Virus record (IMG/VR): IMGVR_UViG_3300045988_048969
Span: 1-36,937 of that record
Reading direction: 5' to 3' (one strand)
Source of the DNA: a virus
DNA: 36,937 nt
Under the pieces are notes generated by a model. That model did no database searches. It was not told the origin of the DNA and worked only from the letters and a program-made list of their open reading frames with translations. The position numbers and the translations under genes were made by a program. This document shows positions 23,995 through 33,910 of this stretch, piece after piece. Numbering within the stretch: position 1 is the first letter of the stretch; the number at the start of each line of letters is the position of its first letter.

Positions 23995-24579
23995 ATGAAA
24001 AACATTATTGAAATTTTAAAAGAATCAAACATTGAATTAACCAAAGAACAAGAGGAATCAATTACAAAGCTAGTAAATGATAACTACAAGACAATTGCAG
24101 AGTTCGATAAGCAGAAAGATAAGCTATCTTTAGCAGAAAACAATGCAAAGGAAATTCAAACAAAGTTTGATAATTTCAAGAAAAGCTATGATGGGGTTGA
24201 TGTAGAAGAATTGAAAAATAAAATCAATACATTGACGAATGATATTGATACTCAAAAGACTACATACGAAACTCAGATTAGCAAAATGAATCTTGATTCT
24301 GTATTAAGCGCAAAAGCTAAAGAATACGGATGTAAAGATTTTGATTTAGCAAAATCACAATTCAACTATGATGATTTACTAAATTCAAAAGACCAAACAA
24401 ATGACATTGACAAAGCTTTCAAAACTTTGAAAGAGAATAAGCCAATCTTGTTTGAAGAAAGACAAAATGAACCTGTTGCCAAAGGAAATATCGTTGGAAA
24501 CAGTGGGCAAGGAGATAACCCAAACGCCGAAGATTTATTGCTACGACAGGCAATGGGCTTAACTACAGAAAAGAAATAA
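23995..24579 (+). CDS. Scaffolding protein
   Basis: Helical acidic 194-aa protein directly upstream of the major capsid gene. Confidence 0.65.
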   Translation: MKNIIEILKESNIELTKEQEESITKLVNDNYKTIAEFDKQKDKLSLAENNAKEIQTKFDNFKKSYDGVDVEELKNKINTLTNDIDTQKTTYETQISKMNLDSVLSAKAKEYGCKDFDLAKSQFNYDDLLNSKDQTNDIDKAFKTLKENKPILFEERQNEPVAKGNIVGNSGQGDNPNAEDLLLRQAMGLTTEKK

Positions 24580-24593
24580 GGAGGATTTAATTA

Positions 24594-25463
24594 ATACCAA
24601 ATGAAATTGCATTAGCTAAAACGTATGTCTCAAATTTGGATGAGGTATATAAGTTAGCTTCAGTTACAGGTGATTTAAACGCAAACGCTACAATGGTACG
24701 AGCAGGAGCAAACGCAAAAGAAATCATCTATCCACAAATTTCTGTTAAAGGTTTAGGAAACTACGATAGAAACAGTGGTTATACAGGTAACTCAGTTAAG
24801 TTAGAATGGAAAACTGCTACATTCGACTATGATAGAGGAACTAAAATCTCAGTTGATACACAAGATAACGCAGAATCAATGAATATTGCATTCGGCATGG
24901 CAGGAGCAGAATTAATGCGTACAAAGGTTGCACCGGAAGCAGACGCTTACACATTCGCTAAGATTGCCGGCACAACAGGAATCACAAAGGTTTCAGAAGA
25001 TTATACAGGTGCAGAAGAGTTCTTGAGTGCATTATTAACGGCTATCACTAAAATGGATGAGGGTGAAGTTCCTAGCGAACAACGTATCTTATATTCAACA
25101 CCAACATTATTAAATAGCGTTAAAGCATTAGATACATACAAATCACGTGAAGCTTTACAAGGATTTGCAAAAATTGTTCCTGTACCTTCAACACGATTCT
25201 ATACAAAAATTAAATTGTTGAGTGGAAAAGATACAGAGTTAGAGGGCGGATACGAAAAGGCAGAGGATGGACACGCAATCAACTTCTTAATTGTTCACAA
25301 ACCTGCCGTAATGAAATGGGATAAACACACTGTTTCAAATGTGATTCCTGCAAGCAATAACATCGAATCAGATTCAGATGTATTGAAATATCGTAAATAT
25401 GGAATCGTTGATGTATACCAAAATAAGGTAGCAGGTATTTACTTATCTGCTAGTGCTAAGTAA
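24594..25463 (+). CDS. Major capsid protein, ATA start
   Basis: Frame opens after TAA 24588-24590. ATA 24594 lies 9 nt after AAGGAGG 24578-24584. N-terminus PNEIALAKTYVSNLDEVYK is typical of this capsid type and precedes track TTG 24636. Confidence 0.75.
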   Translation: MPNEIALAKTYVSNLDEVYKLASVTGDLNANATMVRAGANAKEIIYPQISVKGLGNYDRNSGYTGNSVKLEWKTATFDYDRGTKISVDTQDNAESMNIAFGMAGAELMRTKVAPEADAYTFAKIAGTTGITKVSEDYTGAEEFLSALLTAITKMDEGEVPSEQRILYSTPTLLNSVKALDTYKSREALQGFAKIVPVPSTRFYTKIKLLSGKDTELEGGYEKAEDGHAINFLIVHKPAVMKWDKHTVSNVIPASNNIESDSDVLKYRKYGIVDVYQNKVAGIYLSASAK

Positions 25464-25567
25464 TGGCGAAAGAAATCGGATGGGGTTATCCTTCTAAAGT
25501 TGAAAAGCCTAAAAAAGGTAAACCTCAAACAAAAAAAGAGGAAGCTAAACCTCAAAAAGAAAAATAG
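25463..25567 (+). CDS. Small lysine-rich ORF (34 aa)
   Basis: TAATG overlap with the capsid stop; KPKKGKPQTKKEEAKPQKEK. Confidence 0.35.
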   Translation: MAKEIGWGYPSKVEKPKKGKPQTKKEEAKPQKEK

Positions 25568-25587
25568 CATAAAAAGGGGGTTGTAAA

Positions 25588-25935
25588 ATGAACAACATTT
25601 TAGATTGGGAATATTACAATTCCCATTTTCCTAAATTTGATGAAAATCAATTCAATCAGTATTCTTACAAAGCAGAAGCAATGGTATTGAAGTATGTGAA
25701 TGTTGATTCTATTAATGAACAGAACGAAAGTACTTTAAAAGATTGTATTTCTGATGTTTTAAACAATGTAATCTTTCAAGATTCAGTTGATGGCGTATCA
25801 AGTATTTCAAATGGTGGATATTCAAAAAGCTTTATAAACACTACTCACTCAGACAAAAGGAACATGCTTGAGGATATCATAGCCTTTTGGTTAGGCGATA
25901 CGGATTTAATGAAAGAAAGATGGATTGCATTATGA
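25588..25935 (+). CDS. Head-tail connector (gp6-like)
   Basis: Position and size; ATG behind AAGGGGG. Confidence 0.55.
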   Translation: MNNILDWEYYNSHFPKFDENQFNQYSYKAEAMVLKYVNVDSINEQNESTLKDCISDVLNNVIFQDSVDGVSSISNGGYSKSFINTTHSDKRNMLEDIIAFWLGDTDLMKERWIAL

Positions 25936-26351
25936 TAGGTTTCTTTGAAGATTCAATTACACTTGTAAATCACTACTATGACACATTGACAAGAGAAGAT
26001 AGATTTGAAGTTTCTATTCTTGATAAATGTATGTGGAGACAATCGACTGTTAGAACGGCGAACGGTAATATTCTGAGCATAGCCACATCCACAAATATTA
26101 CCATTCTATATCGTGAAGGATATGTTGAACCTTACGCATATGCGAAACTTTCAAATGATGAGAAACAAAAGCACTTCACATTAAATACAGATAAGACAGA
26201 TTTTGTATTCTTTGGAGAAGTAAAAGAAGACTTATCTAGTATTAAATCAATCAACGAAGCAAAAAAGAAATACAAATGGACAACCGTTCAAAGCGTAACA
26301 GATTGTACTAATGTCGATATGTTGAAGCATTGGGAGGTTGTTGGTCAATAG
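25932..26351 (+). CDS. Head-closure / head-tail joining protein
   Basis: ATG 25932 with ATGA overlap. Confidence 0.5.
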   Translation: MIGFFEDSITLVNHYYDTLTREDRFEVSILDKCMWRQSTVRTANGNILSIATSTNITILYREGYVEPYAYAKLSNDEKQKHFTLNTDKTDFVFFGEVKEDLSSIKSINEAKKKYKWTTVQSVTDCTNVDMLKHWEVVGQ

Positions 26352-26710
26352 GAATGAAAGTCAAACTTGATGTTGAATCAATTCCCCAAATTAAACAATC
26401 AAGAGGACTTGAAGAACGTGGACGAGTGCAACAAATGATTGACTCTGAAGTCATTAGGCTTATGACCCCTTATACGCCTAGAGACACAGGAGCATTGATT
26501 AACTCGGCTACAAGAAATACTCAAATCGGTAGTGGATTAGTAAAGCAAGGTGGACCAAGTGCTCCATATGCAAGACGTTGGTATTATAACAAAGAGAATG
26601 CTCATTTCGTTGGTGGTAAATCAGACCATGGGTTTAAAAAATCTATGCGAAATGGTGGAGCAGAGACAATCTTAAAGAAAGCGCAAAAAATGATAGGAGG
26701 TAGTGAATGA
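26348..26710 (+). CDS. HK97 gp10-like tail-head joining protein (start ATA 26348 or ATG 26354)
   Basis: ATAG overlap with the upstream stop. GGGAGG 26332-26337 lies 10 nt before the ATA and 16 nt before the ATG. Confidence 0.55.
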   Translation: MGMKVKLDVESIPQIKQSRGLEERGRVQQMIDSEVIRLMTPYTPRDTGALINSATRNTQIGSGLVKQGGPSAPYARRWYYNKENAHFVGGKSDHGFKKSMRNGGAETILKKAQKMIGGSE

Positions 26711-27126
26711 CAGTATCAAAAGCGTTGATTCAATGGCTTTATGGCTACGGAAATATACAGATAGATGAACGTATTGAAACGGATGTTTTAGCGCAACAAG
26801 CTATCTCTTATGCGTTGTATAAAGAACCTAACGCAATTGTAGATACATACATTGACGGCTCTCAAATGCGTACAGAATACTACACGTTTCTAGCACGTAG
26901 GAATACACAAATTGAATCAGAAAGACAAGATAACAATGTTTTTCTAGAAGAATTAGAAAATTGGATTGACGAAAAGAATTTAAGTGGGGAATTACCACAA
27001 CTAGACGGAAACAGACATTGTGATGATGTTTCCGTTTCAAGTGGTTTATATCTATACACAAATGAGGATAATCAAGCAGTATATGCGTTGACTATTCAAA
27101 TTAAATACAGAAAGGAGCTTAATTAA
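26707..27126 (+). CDS. Tail completion protein
   Basis: ATGA overlap behind AGGAGG; position. Confidence 0.5.
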   Translation: MTVSKALIQWLYGYGNIQIDERIETDVLAQQAISYALYKEPNAIVDTYIDGSQMRTEYYTFLARRNTQIESERQDNNVFLEELENWIDEKNLSGELPQLDGNRHCDDVSVSSGLYLYTNEDNQAVYALTIQIKYRKELN

Positions 27127-27632
27127 TAGCAACTCAAGGAACTGAAGTAACTACAGGACAGACAGTCAAGAAGTATATGATTGGATTGTTCTTACAAATG
27201 GGAGAAGGTTACAAGCGAATTAAAAAGTCTACAACTTTAGATATTTCATTCAATAGTGAAACTGAAACGTATGACTTTATCGCAGATAAGAACCCAACAG
27301 AATCATTAAAGAGTTATTCACCTCAGATTTCGCAAGATTTAACAATGATTAAAGGCGAAGATGACTTTGAATACATTTACGAACAAATGATGAAATCCGT
27401 ACCAAACAACGAAGAAGTAAATACAAAAGCTTTACTTGTATTTATGTTTGACGGAGACAAAACTAAAGGCTATAAAGCGTGGGAAGTTGACGCTAAATTG
27501 ATTTTCGATACATTAAGTGGTGTCGATTCAAAAATCAACTTCAATATTAACTTTGCAAGCGACATTCGTGTCGGTACTGCAAGGGTAGCAGATGGAGCAG
27601 TAACATTTACAGAAGGCACATCAGAAGTATAA
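27126..27632 (+). CDS. Major tail protein, ATA start
   Basis: Frame opens after TAA 27120-27122. ATA 27126 lies 8 nt after AAAGGAG 27111-27117. N-terminus ATQGTEVTTGQTVKKY precedes track ATG 27177. Confidence 0.7.
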   Translation: MATQGTEVTTGQTVKKYMIGLFLQMGEGYKRIKKSTTLDISFNSETETYDFIADKNPTESLKSYSPQISQDLTMIKGEDDFEYIYEQMMKSVPNNEEVNTKALLVFMFDGDKTKGYKAWEVDAKLIFDTLSGVDSKINFNINFASDIRVGTARVADGAVTFTEGTSEV

Positions 27633-27650
27633 AGAAAGAAGAGGTAAATC

Positions 27651-28013
27651 ATGAATAAAATCACGTATGAAGGGAAACAGTATGAAATCCCACCTAAAAC
27701 AATTGAGGTATTAAAAGCAGAGGACGCTTGTAATGCATTTCACAATACGCATGAAGAAGCATATCGAGCAAAATTCGACTATCTGAAAACAGTATTAACA
27801 GATGAACAAATTGAAAGCATGCTAGGAAGTGCAGACTTTGAACAGGTTGATTTGATGGAAGTATTGTATATTGTCAATTTAATTGATGATGAATATTCAA
27901 AGAAAACGGTTGAACAGTTAGAAAAGAAATTAAAAACAACATTCGGAACAAATGGAATGAAGCAATTTCTTGACGCAAGCAAAACTGTTTCTAGCATTTC
28001 GGCGAAGAAATGA
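27651..28013 (+). CDS. Tail assembly chaperone
   Basis: Position between the major tail and tape measure genes. Confidence 0.55.
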   Translation: MNKITYEGKQYEIPPKTIEVLKAEDACNAFHNTHEEAYRAKFDYLKTVLTDEQIESMLGSADFEQVDLMEVLYIVNLIDDEYSKKTVEQLEKKLKTTFGTNGMKQFLDASKTVSSISAKK

Positions 28014-28573
28014 TTGATTTACGCATAAAAGGCTTGCCAAATAGCATTCAGTCGCTAGATGGCGAGCCTATTTTATTAAATGCAGACTTTCGGTTGTGGA
28101 TAAGATTCTATGAAGAACTAGAAAGATTTAATAATCATATCATTGATGAAGTAGATTGTTCTTATTTATTCGCAGATGAACCACCTATCATAGATGAGCA
28201 TATTTTAAAAGAGTTAAAACGATTCTTGTATAACCCTTCTAGTACGCCTAGAAGTGATTCTACAGGCGTTAAGACATTAGATTATGTACAAGATGGGGAA
28301 TATATTTATTCGGCTTTTATGCAACTTTACGGCATTGATTTAACGGAATGTGATATGCATTGGCATAAGTTCTTAGCATTAGCGAATAATATTGTTGGTG
28401 ATTCTACATTGTGGGGATATGCAAAGAGTGTTAGAGGATATGAAAAGCCTTCAAAAAATGATACACAAGATAAAGCATATCAAAGAGCAAAAGAAGCGTG
28501 GTCTTTCCCAATCGAATTAACAATAGAGGAGCAAGAAATGAAAGATGAATTCGATTCATATTTTGATGTATAG
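28010..28573 (+). CDS. Gp15-family tail-assembly protein
   Basis: LNADFRLWIRFYEEL-type N-domain; ATGA overlap. Confidence 0.55.
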   Translation: MIDLRIKGLPNSIQSLDGEPILLNADFRLWIRFYEELERFNNHIIDEVDCSYLFADEPPIIDEHILKELKRFLYNPSSTPRSDSTGVKTLDYVQDGEYIYSAFMQLYGIDLTECDMHWHKFLALANNIVGDSTLWGYAKSVRGYEKPSKNDTQDKAYQRAKEAWSFPIELTIEEQEMKDEFDSYFDV

Positions 28574-28593
28574 AAAAGGAGGTGGCAGATTGA

Positions 28594-31173
28594 ATATCAG
28601 ACGGAACATTAAAGTTTGATACAAAGATTGATACAAGTGGTCTAGAGAATGGAATGAAATCCGTTCATGAAGTCACAAGTGGAGCTACAAATGCAATTAA
28701 GGAAACTTCAAAAGCAATCGACAAGTTAGGTTCTGATGGTTCAAAAGCACCACCAAAGATTAGAGATAAACTTAAAGATTTAAATGATGAGCAAAAGAAT
28801 ACACAAACAGAAACACAAGAAACAGGTTCTAAATTTGATGTATTTAAACAAGTAGGAAACAGTGCCTTAGAGTCAATTCAAGGTGGATTTGATGGATTGC
28901 TAGAGAAGATTCAGAATATTAGTCCGGAAGCTACTGCAATCACTGAAACCTTAACAGGATTAGGCGTAGGAGGTGTTGTAGGCGTTACTGCCGTAGCAGG
29001 AGCTATTGGTGGTATGGCATTAGCAATTAAGACAGGTGTCAATCAAGCTACAGAACTAGATGACGCTATGGCTAAATTCCAAGCTCAGACAGGTGCTTCA
29101 AGTAATGAAATGAGCAAATTTAAAAACATTGCTCGTGATGTTTGGTCAAACAATTTCGGTGAAGATGTTTCAGATGTTGCCGATATGATGGGCAGAGTCA
29201 AGCAACAAATGCAAGGCATAAGTGATGTTGACCTAAAGAACGTGACAGAGGATTTATTAACTTTAAGAGATACATTCGATATGGATGAGAATGAAACTCT
29301 TAGAGGTGCTCAACAATTAATGAAGCAGTTCGGAATCACTTCTCAAGAAGCTTTCGACCTTATGGCTACAGGTGCTCAGAATGGTTTAAACAAATCAGAT
29401 GAGCTAGGCGACAACATTTCAGAATACTCCGGTAAATTCGCACAAGCAGGATATTCGGCAGATGAATATTTCCAATTAATGCAGAATGGATTAGATGGTG
29501 GAGCTTATAACCTTGATAAAGTAAATGACGCAATCAACGAAGTTACCACAAGGTTAGTTGATGGAACTATTGAAGGAGCTTTAGATAGTTTTGATACCAA
29601 GACGCAAGATGTCTTTAAAGCTTGGCAAGAAGGAAGAGCAACTCAGAAAGATGTTGTAAATGCGATTGTAGAAGATATTTCAAAGACTACAAATGAACAA
29701 GAAAAGTTGAATAAATCTGCAACGGCTTTCGGCACAATGGGAGAAGATTTCAACGCCGGATTCATTCAGTCCTTAACGACAGTAGGGAATAAATATAAAG
29801 ATGTAGAAGGGGCAATGGATAAAGTCAAAGAAATTGCAAATGGTGGCTTAAAGAACGCTTTAAGTGGCTTAGGGCGTGCATTTCTTGATTCATTTACTCC
29901 AATAGGCGAACTTATTACCCCTATTCTTGCAGGTATCATCGGATTAATTACAGTAGCTATACAAGGTATTCAACAAGGATTTGCTAAAGTTGGTGATGTA
30001 ATTTCAAATGTATTAAGCAAGATTGATACAAGTGGAATTACAGAATTGACAAGTCAAGTTTCAGAGGTGTTAGCTCCTGCTTTTGATGAGGTCAGAAAAG
30101 CGATTGACGAAATGAAAGTTGCACTTGAACCTATTGCAAAAGAAATTTTAAGCAAGATAGGCAGTGCAATTCAAAATGTAGTAAACCAAGCTCAAAAGAT
30201 TCTTAGCGTTGTAGGACCACCGATTCTAGCAATCATTAAGAAGATTATTCAAACAGTTATCGGTATGACTCCTGTAATAACATCTATTCTTCAAGTAGTT
30301 GGAAGTGTGGTAAGTGGAATCATTTCATTTATAACTATGGTTGTGACGTATGTAGGAACTGCAATTGCAACAATACTAGGATTTATCATGCCTATTGTTC
30401 AAATTGTAGCTACAATTGTAGCGAATATTTGGTCTGTAATATTAACGGTTGCTCAGAATATTTGGAGCAAAGTTAGCGAAGTAGTTACTGCTATTATTGG
30501 ATTCGTAAGCAATTTATTTAAGACGGTTTCGGACATCATAAACAAAATTTGGAGTAAGATTCAAGATTCCATGAACAAGGTAAGAGACAAGGTTCAAGGT
30601 GTTATTGATAATATTAATAAATATTTCAATAATGTTAAGAGTACTGTTTCTGATGTATTTAATGGCATTTGGTCTAAAGTTCAAGGTGTAATGGATAATG
30701 TAGGAAATAAAATTTCAAATGTTTTACAAGGAATACAGAATGCATGGAGCGGTTTAAAAGGGTTTGTAGGTGGTGTATTCGGTGGAATTGAAGGAGCAGT
30801 AGGTTCATTAGTCTCTAGTGTAAAAGGAATGGTAAATGGTGTTATCGGTGGCATTAACGGTGCAATCGGTATCATCAATAAGATTCCCGGAGTGCACATT
30901 GGAAGGATTCCTAGACTAGAGCGTGGTGGTGTATTAAAACGTGGTCAAATCGGTTTATTAGAAGGTAATGGAGCAGAAGCAGTCGTACCTTTAGAAAAAA
31001 ATAAAGCGTGGATTCGTGCCGTAGCTAAAGATATGGCTCAAATCATGCCTAGCGTTACGACAAATAACAATGGACAGACTATCAACTTCTACAATAAAGC
31101 TCAAAGTCCGGATGAAATCGCTAGAATGTTGCGAATGCAAGCAAGATATGGATATGGAGGTGTTGTTCAATAG
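28594..31173 (+). CDS. Tape measure protein, ATA start
   Basis: Frame opens after TGA 28591-28593. ATA 28594 follows AAGGAGGTGG 28576-28585. N-terminus SDGTLKFDTKIDTSGLENG is typical of TMPs; long Gly/hydrophobic and IWSK repeat region. Confidence 0.8.
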   Translation: MSDGTLKFDTKIDTSGLENGMKSVHEVTSGATNAIKETSKAIDKLGSDGSKAPPKIRDKLKDLNDEQKNTQTETQETGSKFDVFKQVGNSALESIQGGFDGLLEKIQNISPEATAITETLTGLGVGGVVGVTAVAGAIGGMALAIKTGVNQATELDDAMAKFQAQTGASSNEMSKFKNIARDVWSNNFGEDVSDVADMMGRVKQQMQGISDVDLKNVTEDLLTLRDTFDMDENETLRGAQQLMKQFGITSQEAFDLMATGAQNGLNKSDELGDNISEYSGKFAQAGYSADEYFQLMQNGLDGGAYNLDKVNDAINEVTTRLVDGTIEGALDSFDTKTQDVFKAWQEGRATQKDVVNAIVEDISKTTNEQEKLNKSATAFGTMGEDFNAGFIQSLTTVGNKYKDVEGAMDKVKEIANGGLKNALSGLGRAFLDSFTPIGELITPILAGIIGLITVAIQGIQQGFAKVGDVISNVLSKIDTSGITELTSQVSEVLAPAFDEVRKAIDEMKVALEPIAKEILSKIGSAIQNVVNQAQKILSVVGPPILAIIKKIIQTVIGMTPVITSILQVVGSVVSGIISFITMVVTYVGTAIATILGFIMPIVQIVATIVANIWSVILTVAQNIWSKVSEVVTAIIGFVSNLFKTVSDIINKIWSKIQDSMNKVRDKVQGVIDNINKYFNNVKSTVSDVFNGIWSKVQGVMDNVGNKISNVLQGIQNAWSGLKGFVGGVFGGIEGAVGSLVSSVKGMVNGVIGGINGAIGIINKIPGVHIGRIPRLERGGVLKRGQIGLLEGNGAEAVVPLEKNKAWIRAVAKDMAQIMPSVTTNNNGQTINFYNKAQSPDEIARMLRMQARYGYGGVVQ

Positions 31174-32039
31174 ATATCAATAAAGTAAGAGTTATTGTCC
31201 GTAGGGATGATGGCAAACAATTTGAAATTGATAACAAAAGATGGAGAATACCATCTAGTGATGGCTTAGATGGATTTGATTATGTAGCACCTTCATACAC
31301 GACTCAAGACAATGCATTCGGAAATGGTGCTAGATTAATCGGTTCACGTATTCCAACGAAAGAAAGAAGCGTGAAAGCTACCTTCAAAGGTTCGCTAGAA
31401 GAAAAAAGAGAAGAAAGGGAGAAGCTACGGCGCTTCTTCCAATATTCTCATGTATTTGATGTGATAGTTGAGTACATGGGAGAAAAGAAATATTGTAGAG
31501 GTCGTTTATATGCGTATAGCTTGCCTACAGTTAACATCTACAAAGATTTGGAGCTTAACTTTACAATTCTATGCACACAACCTTTATTGCTTTCATTTGA
31601 TGATTTCGCAAGGAATATAGCAGAAATTGGAGAAGGTTTAGCGTTCAATTTCGAAATACCGGAAACAGGCGTGAACTTTGGAACATTTACATTCGCTAGA
31701 GAAATCTATATTGATAATCAAGGAGATACAGAAACATACTGTAGAGCCGTTATTGAAGCATTTGGAGAGGTAACAAATCCGAAACTATTCAATAAAGATA
31801 AATATATTCGTGTATTAGATACACTACACAATGGTGATGTGTTAGAAATTGATTTAGTTTCAGAACCTATTTCGATTAAAAAGAATGGTGTGAATTGTAT
31901 CGGCAAAGTTGATAGAACCTCATCATTCAATGATATGACGATTCAGTTAGGTGAGAATATCATAGGATATACGGCAGACAATGGAGATACGAATCTAGCT
32001 TGCACGGTTTATTACAATGAAAGGTATTTAGGTTTATAG
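31170..32039 (+). CDS. Distal tail protein (Dit), ATA start
   Basis: Frame opens after TAG 31122-31124 with no canonical start until GTG 31371. ATA 31170 lies 9 nt after GGAGG 31156-31160 and overlaps the TMP stop (ATAG). Confidence 0.7.
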   Translation: MDINKVRVIVRRDDGKQFEIDNKRWRIPSSDGLDGFDYVAPSYTTQDNAFGNGARLIGSRIPTKERSVKATFKGSLEEKREEREKLRRFFQYSHVFDVIVEYMGEKKYCRGRLYAYSLPTVNIYKDLELNFTILCTQPLLLSFDDFARNIAEIGEGLAFNFEIPETGVNFGTFTFAREIYIDNQGDTETYCRAVIEAFGEVTNPKLFNKDKYIRVLDTLHNGDVLEIDLVSEPISIKKNGVNCIGKVDRTSSFNDMTIQLGENIIGYTADNGDTNLACTVYYNERYLGL

Positions 32040-32040
32040 T

Positions 32041-33054
32041 ATGTCTTATTTTGGATTAGATAAAGATTTCAATATTGTTACACATCTAGCACCTTATAAC
32101 GTGCAGTGGAATCGGCGATATTATGAAACAGGAGATTTCGAGATTTATATTGATATAGGGCAGTATTCGAGCGATATCAAATATATTTATTCAACTGAGG
32201 ATAAAGAGTTAGGAATTGTAGAAATACCGCATTATTCCGTTTCAAACAACACGAAACAAATGCTATTAAAAGGTTCTTTCTTTGAAAAGATTCTAGCAGA
32301 TGATTGTATTTATCCTACATTCTCAAGTAGCGGAAAAATTGTTGATGTGGTCAAAAAGCTATTAGACAAGTATTGCTCATGGAAAATGGGGTATAGATAT
32401 GATGAATCCATTACCGATAGAGTAGATTTTCAAGAAACAGGAGCGAACCTTGACGAGAAGCTTTATGAGTTATTGTATCCGTTAGAATTGTCTTTCCGTA
32501 TAGAATATGACTATGTGTCAAGTACGTTCACATTCGTGTTGTATCGTGGTCGTGACTTGACTCAGAACAATGTAGATGGAAATAACTTTGTTACATTCTC
32601 TACAGAGTTTGGAAACATTGAAGAACCGGACGTTATGATTGATTCTAGTAAATACAAGAACTATGCGATTATTTGTGGTGAAGGACAGTCAGAAGAGCGT
32701 ATTTATGTAGAATATGACGCTAGAATAGATAAGAATGAAAGAATTAAAAAATTGTTCGTAGACGCACGTTCTGAGCGTATGGGGGACGATGTGACACTTG
32801 ATGAATATAAAAAGGTACTTATTCAGAAAGGAATTGAAAAACTAGCAGATTGTCAAATTCAAGAAAATGTGAATTTCGGATTGAATACTGATTCATACGA
32901 ATACAAAGTTGATTTTGATTTAGGTGATAAAGTTGATGTTATAGTAGCAGATATTGGACTAGTAATGACTGCGAGAATTAGAAATATATTTGAAGTCATT
33001 AAAAGTGGATATAGAACCTTAGAATTAGAGGTTGATAATTTAAAAATCATGTAA
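32041..33054 (+). CDS. Tail tip protein (Siphovirus Gp37-like)
   Basis: Position after Dit; only 337 aa, with no fibre or RBP extension. Confidence 0.5.
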   Translation: MSYFGLDKDFNIVTHLAPYNVQWNRRYYETGDFEIYIDIGQYSSDIKYIYSTEDKELGIVEIPHYSVSNNTKQMLLKGSFFEKILADDCIYPTFSSSGKIVDVVKKLLDKYCSWKMGYRYDESITDRVDFQETGANLDEKLYELLYPLELSFRIEYDYVSSTFTFVLYRGRDLTQNNVDGNNFVTFSTEFGNIEEPDVMIDSSKYKNYAIICGEGQSEERIYVEYDARIDKNERIKKLFVDARSERMGDDVTLDEYKKVLIQKGIEKLADCQIQENVNFGLNTDSYEYKVDFDLGDKVDVIVADIGLVMTARIRNIFEVIKSGYRTLELEVDNLKIM

Positions 33055-33066
33055 GGAGTGAATTTA

Positions 33067-33567
33067 ATAGAAAAGAAAAATGGAGGATTTAAACAAATAA
33101 CAAGAAGTATGTATTTTCTAGACAAGATGAATGCAATTGGTGGTGTAGCCGTTGCCGTATTAACATACGTATTAGGTGAGCATTGGTATTTATTTGCGTT
33201 CTTCTTATTTATGAACGTCGTGGATTATATTACAGGGTGCATGAAGTCGGCGATTAATCACAAAATCAATAGCAATAAAGGATGGATTGGAGTCCTTAAA
33301 AAGCTAGGCTATTGGATTATGATTGTAGTTGCGTTCACGTTCAGTGCATTCTTGGTAGAGATTGGAAAAATGCTAGGAATTGATTTCCATGTAACTACAT
33401 TATTAGGTTGGTTTGTATTGGCTTCTTTATGTATTAATGAAGTGCGTAGCATTATTGAGAACCTTGTACAATGTGGATATAGCGTGCCTAGTGTATTAAC
33501 TAAAGGTTTGGAAGTAGCGGATAAAATCGTTAACGAAGACAATGACGAATCAAGTACCTTGGAATAA
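33067..33567 (+). CDS. Holin (Phage_holin_4_1 / toxin-secretion holin type)
   Basis: MNVVDYITGCMKSA...SNKGWIGVLKK...NEVRSIIENL. The start is uncertain: ATA 33067 (8 nt after AAGGAG), ATA 33097, ATG 33109 and ATG 33127 are all in frame. Confidence 0.8.
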   Translation: MEKKNGGFKQITRSMYFLDKMNAIGGVAVAVLTYVLGEHWYLFAFFLFMNVVDYITGCMKSAINHKINSNKGWIGVLKKLGYWIMIVVAFTFSAFLVEIGKMLGIDFHVTTLLGWFVLASLCINEVRSIIENLVQCGYSVPSVLTKGLEVADKIVNEDNDESSTLE

Positions 33568-33808
33568 GATTATTTTAGAAGAGTTTATTAATCTAGCTTT
33601 ATTAACTAAAGATGAAGAAATGATTCTAAGAACAAGAATATACGGATGGACAGTTAGAGAACAAGCCGACAGATTGAATATGAGTGTTTCTAGTGTAAAT
33701 AGAATCATCAAAAGAATAAAGAACAAGTATGATGAAGTAGAGAAGTATAGCGCAGTCCTACCACCAAGAAAAAGCAGTGAAAAAGAAATGTATCTAGATA
33801 AAAATTAA
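33542..33808 (+). CDS. Small sigma-region-4 / LuxR-like HTH protein
   Basis: EEMILRTRIYGWTVREQADRLNMSVSSVNRIIKRIKNK. Confidence 0.55.
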   Translation: MTNQVPWNKIILEEFINLALLTKDEEMILRTRIYGWTVREQADRLNMSVSSVNRIIKRIKNKYDEVEKYSAVLPPRKSSEKEMYLDKN

Positions 33809-33832
33809 GAGGTTGAAAAGCCTCTTTTTTTT
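33808..33832 (+). terminator. Rho-independent terminator
   Basis: AGAGG/CCTCT stem followed by T8. Confidence 0.65.
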
Positions 33833-33880
33833 GACATTTATCTGATATTAATGTGAAAACAAACTGAGACTGCCTATGAA

Positions 33881-33886
33881 TATAAT
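33881..33886 (+). promoter_or_regulatory. Consensus -10 box TATAAT upstream of the accessory cluster
   Basis: Perfect hexamer 25 nt upstream of ATG 33911; no good -35 element seen. Confidence 0.35.
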
Positions 33887-33910
33887 TAGGAGTGTAAAGA
33901 GGTGAGTAAA

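Noticed and set aside
27651-28573. Programmed -1 frameshift joining the two tail-chaperone ORFs (G/GT type)
   Set aside because: The second ORF is in the -1 frame. However, I found no X XXY YYZ slippery heptamer near the end of the first ORF, and the second ORF has its own ATG in an ATGA overlap. This is unresolved rather than supported.
17627-31173. Stop-codon readthrough, recoding or fusion proteins as an explanation for N-terminal extensions
   Set aside because: The downstream frames differ from the upstream gene frames. Several cases (capsid 24594, tape measure 28594, endolysin 36176) follow intergenic stops. No long ORF in the window is interrupted by in-frame TAG, TGA or TAA.
28594-31173. 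Lytic (lysozyme or peptidase) domain in the tape measure protein
   Set aside because: No recognisable catalytic motifs were found, only helical, Gly-rich/hydrophobic and IWSK-type repeat segments.
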